From: Gnetum montanum
Lineage: Eukaryota > Plantae > Gnetophyta
NCBI GenBank assembly: GCA_015680685.1
Contig: MNCI01002446.1
Span: 24,525 to 88,524 of the forward strand
Direction of reading: 5' to 3'
DNA: 64,000 bases
Below, one piece after another: positions 37,050 to 49,400 of this stretch (positions within the stretch are counted from its first letter, which is position 1; the number at the start of each line of letters is the position of its first letter). Both the position numbers and the translations under genes were made by a program. The notes under the pieces were generated by a model, which made no database searches, was not told the origin of the DNA, and worked only from the letters and a program-made list of their open reading frames with translations.

Positions 37050-39435
37050 TTCCAGTAAGAGGTACAAAATTTGTTGAAATAAAAAAAAGTCTGGAGATAG
37101 GTTAGAAAACATATTACTGGAAGTTGCAAAAAATATTACTATACAATAGAAGTTTATGGGTGAGAAAAAGTGGTTTGATGAAGAATATCTTCAAGCAAGG
37201 TTAGATCTTAAAAATTCCTATAACAAAAACTTTGAATAACAGCTACAAGAAACTCCTTCAAAAGAAAAAAAAATCCTAAAAGAGCACCAAAAGAATATGG
37301 TGCAAATGATAAAGCAAGATCCACAAAATTGTTAGAAACTTTTTAACCTTTTAGAAATAAAGTTTCTCTAAGCAATGATATTCCATTTGCAGAAATAAAA
37401 TGGTTCTATAAAAATGTGTTTCATCATAAGAAAATACCATAACAAGTTGCATGCTCCAAAATATTTTACAACTTATGTATGATGGAGTAGTAGAGGGAAT
37501 TGAGAAATTAGCTTCTAGAAAAGCTGTAAATGTAAAAGGATTGTATGTTGAATTATTAAAATGTGGTGAAGAGGTAGTTTGAATAGAGACTTGAAAAATG
37601 CTTAATGGACCTCAAAATGGTTTGACTAGACAATGGATAATTAGTAGAGTTCTTGTGCTTTTTATAAAAGGAGAAAAATCATATTTAAATAATTATAGAT
37701 TGATCATGATGAGTAACTTGTTTGCAAAATTGTTACATACTACGTTGGAGAAAAAATTGGAATTGTGGATAGAAGGAAATAATGGATGTGTTGTTTCACA
37801 AGTAGGATTCAAAACAAAACATTTTACACTGGATCTTTGGTTACTCTCAGATATTGCATTGAATAAGCAAAGAGCAAACAAGGTAAAACATTTATTTGCC
37901 TTGTGGATTTTACTAAAGCATTTAACTCTGTTGTGAGAAAACAATTATGAAATAGACTTATCAATCTTAAAGTTGATTTTGGTTTACTCAATGCCATCCA
38001 AACATTATGCAAAGAAATGATTTTTGAATTAGAAGATGAAGAAACTACACAATCTTGTCAATTTTACAATAATATAGGAGTAAAGCAAGGCTGTCCTCTG
38101 TCACCAACTTTGTTTGACATTTTTATTGACAAACTAGAAGAGTAGATTAAAGAGCGACCTACAAATCATGCTATTAAAGTGGAACAATCATGTATATGAC
38201 TTTTAATCTTTGCAAACAATGTAGCACTAATAGAAAATTCAGAAAATAGGGTTAAAAGTAATATTGCATCAACTACAAAACTTTTATAAATGTACAAAAA
38301 TGAAGGTAAATGTTGAAAAAATAAAATCGCTAATTTATGGAACTAAAACAAGAGATTACACTATCCAACTAAATAATAAAGGACTTGCGATTATGGATAT
38401 TTACAGATATTTGGTAGTAGAATGCTCTCAAATTATAAGTGGAAATATTGTATATCATAGTGAATTGCAAATAGATGAAAGGCCTTCCATACAATCATGA
38501 ACAAATGTAGCAACTACAATATTTGAACTAGGATAATTCAGAATATCTTTTTTCAAATACTTGTCCAAACTATAGTGCTTTAAGGATGTATGGTGTAGGG
38601 CCTAGATCTCGATAAAAAATCATAGAAGAAAAGTTATAAAACCACAACTGTTCTTGTTGGATAACTTCAAGGTGAAAACTGAAGTTCCATATGCAATACT
38701 TTTATTGGAAGCTAATTTGTTGCCATTGGAAGTTAAAGCAATGTATTAGTTCTTAACATTCTGCTTGAGATATTATAAAAGGCAATAAGATCTCAAGAGA
38801 GCATCTGAAACTTTCAAGAATAGGGGTGGTTCCATGAATGACGATTGTGGCTACAAAAATAGGGTATTGATAATATTGATGGAATAATAAATTTAGTACA
38901 AGGTTGGAAACTTGTTACAAAGAAAGTTTTAAAAAGATGACAAAATGAGGCACAAATACCAAAAAAACTTCAATTTTACTGGAAAGATATTAGAGGTAGC
39001 AAACATGGAAACAGAATATCTACATGTAACAATTCAATATCCATGATGACACTAATTAGAAGAGTGAGAATAGGATTGCACCATCTCTAAGTTGAAATAG
39101 GAAAATGGAACAATGAAAATCTTGAAGAGAGAATATGTTGACTATGTTTATTGCAAGTGGTAGAAGATAAGCAACATGTATGAGTAGAATGTTGCAAAAC
39201 AAATTTCTTTTGAAGAAAATGGCAAATCTCTAGTCAATCTTTGTATGAGTTATTCAAGCTACCAATGTTAGTTCTAGGGAATTATATAGAAGATGTGTTC
39301 AAGTTGCATGAATACTGAACACATCTATTATAGTTAGGATTTATTGCTACTAATGTATTTTGAACAAGTTCCTTTGTCTAACAGATCCTTTGGATTTACA
39401 CAGATGTAATAAAAAATCAGTATCAATATTAATAT
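37050..39435 (+). mobile_element. 5'-truncated AT-rich LINE, non-L1 and non-RTE (RTEX/CR1-L2-like), decayed
   Basis: KWFDEE, NYRLIMMSNLFAKL, QVGFK, GVKQGCPLSPTLF, FANNVAL (FADD), and C-terminal HHL*VEIGKW...EERIC*LC..VEDKQH..VEC motif; AATAAA at ~39408. Confidence 0.8.
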
Positions 39436-39639
39436 TGTAGGGTTGTCAGAATAAATATCAAAACACATACACTAGTACGACTACAGCCAAAACAATAGTT
39501 TGGTAGAACTTAGGTAATAACAAAATGAACATAGCAATACCTTAAGTGTAACTTAAACTCTACAACCTAACTTACTAGTAGAGCTACACTCACATTACCA
39601 TATATTCATATTACACTTTGATTTAAAAACATTTTAAGT

Positions 39640-39840
39640 TAAAACTTTGTATAAGCTTTTCAAGCAACCAACATTGGTTCTAGAGCATTATCTAGAAGAA
39701 GTGTTCAGACTATTTGAATATTAAGTACATCTATTATACTCAAGATTTACTGATGCTAATTTATTTTGTACAAACTTATTCATTTCACAGATCCTTTATG
39801 TCTATACAGATGCAATTAAACTTTAGTTTCAATTTTTCGT
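39640..39840 (+). mobile_element. Short 3'-end fragment of the same LINE family
   Basis: Collinear with 39290-39425 (ACATCTATTATA, ACAGATCCTTT, ACAGATG.AAT). Confidence 0.7.
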
Positions 39841-40871
39841 ATTTGTCATATTATTAACTTAAGCAACCTTAGACTCATAACTTAACATTTTGCCTTTTCC
39901 AATATTAGACTACATAAAGTTAAACAGATAATCGTTACCAAATGCCAAATAACACATGATCTCTCTCATATTTAATGAAGTAACATATCCAACATTATTG
40001 GCATTACAAACTAGAACAGAGCTCTAGTATAGTCATCTATGATCTATCATTATGCACCTTTCGTTCATATAGATAGTCATATCACATAAGCAAGGACACT
40101 AACACTCTCAACATGTTGAACATTGCACATAGATCAACTGACACTGGCAAGGACAACTTAACTTACACAACCAAATATGTGGAGACAACTATTTTCTTCC
40201 AAAGGTGTGAAAACTTTCATCGCTCACTACATCTCATACAATGTGGAAACTCACTCTTGCATGCATTAAAAAAAAAGGAAAGAGCACGGCTGTTTACCTA
40301 AACATAAGTGAGGTGTCATCAAAAATTGACACAGCAACTGTTGGTAGTCAAGACTTGATTCATGACCCTCATTATTTTCTAATGTCTAGTCATGTTTCAT
40401 ATTTTAAACGTCATGTTTTGAAGTTCAATGTTATGTCTAAAGATCATGGACCTTAGTCCCTAGTTAGAAGTCTTTTAATTTTATAGTTGTCTTTAAAAAA
40501 GTGTGGATGTGTTATGTCTCTTGTTCATGTAAGAGGGTTAATCCCACATTATGTGCAAATGGAAGGCATGTCCTCCCAAAAACAATAAAACCCCCCTTTG
40601 TCTTTCATTTTGAGTTTGATAAAGAGTTGAGCATTCGCTTGTGTTCTCATACTTTGAAGAATGAATAGAATTAGGCATTCGTTGTGCTGATTTTCTCATG
40701 TTCATTCTGTTTTCTTTTATTCAAGCATGAATATTTCTCATGAAGCATGCATTTCAGCATGATCTTACGAGCATGAAGTTTCTTACAATTCTTAGCATCA
40801 GAATTCATCAATTTAGTATGATTTATAATCTCCAAATGTTTCAGATCTAAAAATTTCACAGAACAAGGATT

Positions 40872-43800
40872 CTTTTCTTTCCTTTTTTTTTTTTTTTTTT
40901 TGGAGGAAAGTTCATGTAAACTGAGCCCCGATGGGAAAAGCCAAGAGCCACAATAGCTGAAGAACCGATCCTCCCAAAGGACCCCAAGAAGTAATGGGGA
41001 AAGATCTTCCCCAAGGACATGACAAGAAAACTAGACATATAGAAGGGAACTGACCCCACCAAAGCCCTAGACACAATTCCAACAAGCAAAAAGAGGGGCC
41101 CCGCTAATAGTCCCTACAACTATCTGGGCAGCCTGGTGCACAAGCATATAGTCCATTCTTGAGAGTGGACCGCATCTAAAACCACCTGATGCCTCTCTGT
41201 GTTCATGAACGCTGCCACTTGTTGAAACTCCTTGTACTCTTCCTTCCTTTGGAAACACTCAGCCTTGTTTCCCGATCCGTCAGGGTGCAACTTGGTAAAA
41301 GTTCTCCTAATGAATCTGCGTAAAGCAATTCAAGATGTGCTGCGGTTTATGTTCATGACCACGTAGGGGCATTTGTGGTTTTGGAACCATCTACATGTGT
41401 TGACCTCATGGCCATGTCTTGCTATCGTTGCAATTGTTCCTCCTCCAAGCGATCTTTCTTTGTTTGTTTTGCTTCTACCGCTTCACATGCCACACATTCT
41501 TGCTCCTCCTGTTGGAGCTTGAGTCTAATCTACCTATGCAATTCCTCTTCAACCTCGTTTTTTATAGTGGCCTCTCTTAGATCCCTACATCTCTAAATCT
41601 CTTTGACCATTTCTTTGTGCTGCAGCTCCACTTGTTCAATCCAACAACTGAACTCCTATTCCCTTGTGTGCCACTTAGCCTTCCACCATGCCCTCTCCTT
41701 AGCATGAGCAGTGGCATCAACTTCTTCCATGGCCTAAGCCAGATCCTCTTCAAATTTCTATTGGCACTTATACTGCATGTGCTCCTTTGCAAGCACATGA
41801 TTAACCACCCCTGTCCCCATCCCACCCCCCATGACCTCCTACGTTAGGAGGGCAAAAGCAAAGGCCTATGAGCTTGGTTTTTGTCTTGTATAGACTGTAG
41901 TATAGAGGGTGGGCCAAGGCAACAAAGGTGTCACTGACATTCCCCCTTCTAGAGGGTAAGAATGAGACCCGAATGCTGGCCTTTCTATTAACACTACAGG
42001 GAATCAAGGAAGAATTTTGGGAGATTCACTCTACGACCTAGCCACAGGCATTTGAGAAAAGCAAATTGCACACTTTGTAATTTCCACATGTTGCCCGATT
42101 GAATGAAGAAATGGTCAATTTGTCCGGCAACATCTTGCCAAAGCAATGGCAAAGTTGATTTAGGTACTTGGCCACTTCCAGTTTTTGGAACCGACCCCTA
42201 GAAGAAATGCTCCGTGTCTTAGAGACCCCTTCTCATGGGAAGAATGACCTCACCGTCTACCAAGATGGCCAAATAATGGGAGATATCCTCTTCAATGAGT
42301 GTGATCTACACACCCTGAAAACTAGTGGAGTCGTTCCTCCAATGCCAAAAAAAGACACCGTTAGCAAGCTTTGGGTCCTCTTCCAATAGTGGCAGGAGTT
42401 CAACCCACCCAACACGTGAAACAAGATCCCACAAAACCTGATTCTCTAGGTACCTAGCACAAGTGGGCTTGTACATAGGCATGATCCCCATTGCATTTGT
42501 AGCTTCTCATCACAGTCGCACACCAAGCATTGCAATCTGCACGAGGAGGGAGGGGAAGCGATTCAAACTGAAAAATAAGCACATTTCACACCCTCCATAA
42601 ACCCCACAAAGTTGTTGTAGCTTTTGAATCCCCGTCAAGAGAGGACGGAGTTCTCAGTGCCACAACCCGCCAAACAACCCCAGAGAATGTGCATTGATAG
42701 ATGAAACGATGAGTACTTTTGAGCGCCTCCTCACAAAGTAGACAAGTGTCAGAATTATCCAAGCCTTTTCAATGTAGAACATAGTGAAGCTGCTGCACTA
42801 AATGTAGCGCCAGCCAAATGAACACTTTTATTTTTTCAAGGAGCCTACCCGTCCAAATCCCCTTCCAACCTTCGATTGCCAAGTATTTTTGTTTGATGAT
42901 GTCCCACGGTTGTGCCCCCCTTCATATCCCCATGTGAGAGCACATGTCTGCAAAGAGTTCACCAAATGTAGGAATGCCAATTGCCTACAGTCCATTGCTG
43001 ATATTTGCTTCTCATGATAAGGATCCACCGTGTCGAGTTATCATTTGCTTGTAGCAAATAGTTGGTGAGCCATTGGTACCCCATGGTGATGGCATCTTGG
43101 AGCATATTGCACACCCTGATAAGTCTAAACTAAGAAGCTTCCATGGGATTCTCAACCTTGGGGACACGCACAATTTTGGAGCAGTTGACCTCCTATCTCA
43201 CCTGCTTCCATTGGAGCATCAAATTGAAAGTATCCAAAATATTCCTACTCAAAATGTCAACGTACTCCTTAAAGAATTTGATGGGCCAGCCATCAGGGCC
43301 CAGTGCTTTGGCATTTTTTAGCAAAGCCATGGCCACCTCAAGCTCATCCTAGGAGAAAGGAGCAAGCAACCTTCTATTCTCTTCTGTTCCCACCACCATC
43401 ATAATTCGAGTGGAGATGGGCAGGGTCTCCCTATGTCGCCATGTCTGCCCAATACTCTTGCATTGCTTGGGTGATTTCATCTATCCCATGAGGTTTTTTC
43501 CGTCATGAACTAGGTGGTAAATTCTTTTAGAGTCATAGTTGGGTTTTGCTGCTGTGAAGAAGAATTTGGTGTTCCTCTCCCCTTCTTTTAGCCATTGTAT
43601 CCCAGATCTTTGTCGCCAATACTGTTCCTCCTCAACAAAAACCTCCTGGAGCTCCTATAACACTACTTGTTCCTCTTCCTCCAAAGTTTCCCCTTGTTCC
43701 TGCTTGGCTTGGATCTCAGAAAGCTTCTTTCTTAGTGCCAGTTTGAGTGCCCTGAAAGAGTACTTCTCCTCAATCTTCTTAGGGTGGATCTTCTGTTTAA

Positions 43801-43965
43801 GCCTGCGAAGATGCTGCTCCCACCAATATCAAAGGAGTATGCTCCCTACTCTTGGAGGTGGATGCAAAGATTAACAAAGCTTGGATGCAGCCCCTTGCTG
43901 ACCATGATTTGCCTAAGTGTAGTCGACTAACAGTATCACGTGCTTTCCTTATGTCAAGTTGGATG
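40872..43965 (-). mobile_element. 5'-truncated, internally deleted L1-clade LINE (L1-b) with an extra C-terminal domain and coiled coil
   Basis: RSGIQWLKEGERNTKFF, ALGPDG, partial RT, TCLLCEE...QC finger, TTLWGLWRV*N; A19 tail at 40883-40901; 15-bp TSD with 1 mismatch, CACAGAACAAGGATT (40857-40871) / CACAAAACAAGGATT (43966-43980). Confidence 0.88.
41845..42490 (-). pseudogene. PMD / Transposase_32-like domain downstream of zf-RVT in L1-b
   Basis: LWDLVSRVGWVELL...FFWHWRNDSTSFQGV*ITLIEEDISHYLAILVDG...FF*GSVPKT...LPLLWQDVAGQIDHFFIQSG...FAFLKCLWLGRRVNLPKFFLDSL, collinear with the L1-a domain. Confidence 0.7.
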
Positions 43966-46029
43966 CACAAAACAAGGATTTAATACATTTGCATGTTTCA
44001 ATTTCTCATATATCTAGTTTTTGTTGTCTTATTTCTCTGAATTGAATCATATATCTACTTTCAAATTCATGAAGGATTGAAGTTGATTTCATCATAAGTA
44101 GCCATAACATGGACATGAATCCTTAAATCTTGCTCAACTGAATATGATTTAGACAACTCAGCTTGTTTCTGAGATCTATTTTTGTGGGCAACCTAATTTA
44201 CTAGCAGATCTGAGGTGTTTATGTTGCTTTTAGACCAACTCTAACAGGTCTGGCTTCATTTTTTCAAGTTTTAGGGCTATGACTAGATATTGCTAAGTAG
44301 CACAGCTTCCAGCAATAAGGGTTTAACACATTGTAGCACGTAGTTTACCAGTGGTATGCAGCGATAACATTATTGTGAGAGTTATTGGTTTGCACAATGT
44401 CCAGCAAACCATTTTCCCTAAGAAACCCAAGACTATCACCGGCATTATTGGTTCAAGTGATAAGAAGCTATAACATTCTTTTTCCTATCATAGCATCTAT
44501 CAATTGTGCAATCTAGCATGCTAAAGCAGATTTCACATTAAAAAAAAAACCATTTAAAAAAAAAGTCTGAGAGAAACATGGATCATAAGCCAACCTTAAA
44601 ATTGCACTGGAACATTAAGGATGAAGGAACTAGAGAAGAAGCATCTTCATACAAGATATTCATCTCAAAGTTTAAACCTCTGCGAAGGTGAACCTCAAGA
44701 AAGACGTCAGAACTCTTCTTCTTCTCTAAGAACATCTTTAATTGAATCTACTTCTGAACCATGTTCCATAACAATCAAGGCTTTGCACTTCAGCTTGTTG
44801 TCAGGAAATCACAGATCTAATCATGGCAGTTGGTCATGATCTGGCCAATTCTTTTACGGCACTTAAGTCGTGGGTTGGAGGAAGATTGTGAAGATGACAA
44901 ATCTCTTTGCAACAAGCACCTGTTTCTCCCCTTTATATTCAAGTTGGCCAAACTTATTCTCTTCAACAATCAAGGTGGAAATAACTTCGTCAAGACCATG
45001 ATCCAACTTGTTCAAGATGAAGAAAATACAAGCATATTTTTTGAGTGGACTATTTAAAAGAACTACCTTAGCATCATCACAATCAATCTTAGCATTTCCA
45101 GCAAGTTGGAATAATGGAGATTTGAGATTTCCAACCTAAGAAACAATGGTATCCCTCATATATCTTAAGATCAAATAATTTTCATTTAAAGGAAGACTTC
45201 GCACAAGAGATTTGTGATCCAAATAGTACATTGACTAAATCTCATAACTCTTTACAAGTTTTTGATAGACAAATGATGAAGGTATGTGTCATCAAATACA
45301 AGATCTTTTACCCTGTACTTAGTAAGTTGATCTGCATCTGTTGGTGCTCGAATGATGACATCTATTATCATATGGGTAAAGGTACTTTTACCCGCCAACA
45401 TGGGCTAACCAATTACGATCAACTAAGGATTTAACAATGATTCACTATGGCTTGTTGTTTACCTAAAACCATAGTCCATGAACATATATTTTTACCATAC
45501 CCCCAAGTGGCAAATATCTCAGCATACCCCCTTCAAATCAAGCCTGTGACTTGCGAACTATCATCCATATGCTCTAACAAAGTGAGCTATGCCTCCCTAA
45601 CCTTGAATGATGTCATCTATGATCATCATAATTCCTGATCAATAAGAATCAATTGCAGCTTTATCTTCCCTGTATCAAAATCTCAACCTGTAAATTCTCT
45701 CATAGAAATAAAACTGCAAGGTGCCCTCAAAAGGAGCACACAAGAATGCATAGAACTCTAAATTCAAGATTCCAAAGTTTGATGGTAGAGAAGATGCACA
45801 AGTTTCCCAATTCACTTCATAAGTTGTTAAGGTTTTTTAATCTCAAAGCCATTCAAGTTTCAATAAATCTAATCCACTCTGGTTACAAGGACTGGTCCAA
45901 CAATGATATGGTGAATAAAGTAATTGTTATATAGTGAAACCAAATCTGTATCATTTCCTAAATTCTCTCCCTGATTTTCAGTTAAGAAGTTTGTAAGTGC
46001 CTCCCCTAATTATGATGAATTAATTCCAT

Positions 46030-46383
46030 TGTAACTGACTGTAGGTATCTACTCCTGATCAATTGGAGAATTGAGTTTAATTATATCCTTGATTTTGGGA
46101 TGGGACGGCTGTAGTGGATTGATTGCCCATGACTTTTAGGTGCTGTGGGGTACAGGTTATTTAAAGGATGTGGAACGAGTTATGGGATGTACCAAAACAA
46201 AACATTCAATCCCTAATTAGAAAATCAAATCTGCCTGATTTCCCATAGATATTTCCCATCAAATTGACGGATTTTACCACATAAATTTGTTTACTGTATT
46301 TTTTCCTTAATTTTTAGTTTACATTTTTTTCAGTTGTGTTAATTGTGTTACTGTAATCAGCACTAACAGCTAGTATCAAAGCC
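46030..46383 (+). mobile_element. Short LTR with decayed tRNA-iMet PBS from a truncated element
   Basis: TGTAAC...CTAACA (~340 bp) with a TATA-like TATTTAAA, followed by TAGTATCAAAGCC (consensus TGGTATCAGAGC). Confidence 0.45.
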
Positions 46384-46449
46384 TAGTTCATCGTGGATTG
46401 CTCCAATTAGTAGATTTGGAAACTCCTAGTGCTAGACATCCTATATCAA

Positions 46450-49400
46450 ATAAAGTATGAAGCACCCATCGCAAATATAGGAAAACATGCCTTATTGGTG
46501 GATCAAAGATTGTTTCCCTTCAGAAAAAGGCCAAAGGAATGTGGAGATTTTCACAGGTTCCATACTATCACAACCATCACCATAGAACTACATGGCCCTA
46601 ATTCCTTTGTGAACCTAATCACAAGGATATGTAGGTTGGGATGGCTTCACCTCCATGGCTTGGTCCACCGCCCTTCTCTTTAGAGCAGGGTTTAAAGCTA
46701 GATGGGTGAGAGTATAAATGTGTCTTAGCTCTCTAAGGGATCAATGTTGTGTGTGTGTTTGCTAGTTCTCCTTCTGTGGTTGCTTGTGTGTATGTGCACA
46801 CCCATCTCATTGGTCTCATTGCTTGTACATTTGCTAAGGCACACTCACTACACTACTAACCTTGTACTAATAGGTTGTGTACACTTATGTATGCTTGTAG
46901 GTGCATTGAACTTTGAGGCGTAGTCTACCTTGAGTTTGACCTCCCTCATTATCACTTCAGGACTCTCACGTAGTGTCAAATGATGCTTTCAAAGGAAAGC
47001 ACCATTATAGTTGGTATTAGAGTGAGGTTCACAATTCAAGGTTGGTGGTGGTTCATGAATTGAGATCATGGTTTGTTGCTTGCAATTTCTATACTACCAT
47101 GGTGCACAAGAAGAAGAGCAAAGGGAGCCACATCTCTGGTGAGGCTCCTACTAGTCCTAATCATGAACGGAGGGTCCATCCTTCACTTATTAACACATCT
47201 AGAAACCAATAAACTATTAAGTAGAGAGCTGATACTCTCTTGTCAAGAAATCTGCTAGACTATTATGTTTTCCATTAATATATTCAGTACTGAATTCAAA
47301 ATTGGCAAGAAATAATGCCCATCTGATGAGTCTGTTATGAGCAACTTTGTTTAAGGTTTTTGTGGAGAGATATTTGTCAAAGTGTTTTAGGTCACTTCTG
47401 ATGATAAAGTGTTGGTTTTGTATAAACAATCTAAACTTCTCGATCCCTTTTACTATCGCTAATAACTCTTTATGAGTACTATGGTAATTGAGTTGAGCAG
47501 GGCTAAATTTACCAAATGCATATCGGCATATCCTTATTACCTTATCCTTTTCTTCTTTAAGTGTGGCTCTCCAAAATTCATTTGAGGCATCTGTCTCTAT
47601 GACTAACTTACCATCTGAGGGTAGGTGTAGCTTACCATCTAAGGGTAGGTGTAGATGTGGCAAATTCATACAGTGTCTCTTGATGTGGGAAACTATTTCA
47701 CTATGTTTATAAGACCATGGAGGAGGATTTTGTCCTAACTGCTCATTGAGTATTTTTCTATCCTGAGCTAGATTTTTGTAGAAACCATAGACATAGTTTA
47801 TACAACCCAAAAAGTGTTGTAATTGTGTCTTGTCTCTTAATTCTGTAGGAAAGTTTTTAATGGTTTCTAGAATATGATTTTGTAGAGCAATAGTTCCCAG
47901 GATCATTTCTAAACCTAAGAAATCTATGGTCTCCTTTGCTATCTGCATTTTGGTTGGTGATAGTACCAAGCCATTAGTATCTGCAACCTAATAGAAGGTC
48001 TTCAAATGCTCGATATGTTGTTGCAGATTTTTACTCATGATTAATATATCGTCAGTGTAAACCATGATAAATGGATAAGGACTACAAATACCATCCATAC
48101 ATTTTTGAAAGAAGGAGGGTGTTGTTTTTAAACCAAAGGGGAGTACCGTCCATTCATATGATCCACCAAGTACTGTAAAGGTTGTCTTCCATTGATCTTG
48201 TGGCTGAACCTATATTTGCCAAAAACCATACTTAAGATCGAACTTAGAATATATGTGAGTATGTAAAAACCTTTGAAATAAGTCATCTTTACTAGCGATT
48301 GGGTGCTGGACTGATTTGACAATGTCATTAAGGGGTTTATAGTTTACAACTAGCCTCTTTTTTCCCCTTACTTGTTCTACTCTTTTGTTGATGAAGAAGG
48401 CAACCCAAGAAAACATAATGTTACTTGGCTGTATTAATCATTTGTCTAAGAGGGATTGAATTTCTTTGTCACATTCTGCCTTAAGAGAAGGAGACATACC
48501 TATATAATGTGCCTTAGCTTTGATTTTCACATTTTCTTTCAAATCTATGCAACACCAATGTTCCTTCTTATGCCTGGAAATTGTACGATCATCATTAGCT
48601 AGCTTTAAAAGATCAATTTGTACGGCTTCAAAGTGGCTTTTCATTTTTTCGATGCTACCAATGATCCAAAGAGTATTACAAGCTTTTGATTTCTTTTTCA
48701 GTTGGAAACAGGCCTTATACATATTTTGTCTGTTGAAAGTATGTCCTCACGTATTGCCTATTGTGTATGGTTCAAGTTTTGCTAAATTATCTATTCCTAT
48801 GAGCAAATCATAAGATTTAATATCACAATGGAAAACATCTAGACTCATTACCTTATGTTTAGTTATTATGGGAATCTTAGCCTTATATTCCATGGGTACC
48901 TTTTGTGTATTGAAAGAGACATAGCGCCTATCTTTCTTTTCCCAAAGATGTGTAGGAATAACATCCCATCATACTAGGGATACTTTGGCTCCGCTGTCTA
49001 TTAATGCATCTATTTGGTATGATCTAATACCTGGTATTTTAATGCTAAATGTACATATGGGTAAGGAAGTTTCTCTACTATTATTGTTTATCACATTTAC
49101 TCACATAGCTTGTGTTTCTTCTTGGTATTTCTGTCTTTGGTAACTTTCTTCTATACGTTCTAATTCAGCAAGCTCATCTAATGCCCATTGCATATGTTTT
49201 CTCAGCTGCACAATTCTTTGTGTCCTTAAGAAAGATTCATCCATGAGTGATACCGTCCTAGGACAGTTTCTTGTTTTCCTATGGATGTTCCTCTTTCTAT
49301 TTCTATTTCTTCATCTGACTGCTCTTTTGGGGGTTGTGTATCAGGACACGTGTGCCACTGTTCTTCTATGGCATATCTTTGCTCATCTAGGTCTCTTTAT

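Noticed and set aside
43981-45950. Older minus-strand LINE hosting L1-b (with 40600-40856)
   Set aside because: Only faint motif echoes; too degraded to call.
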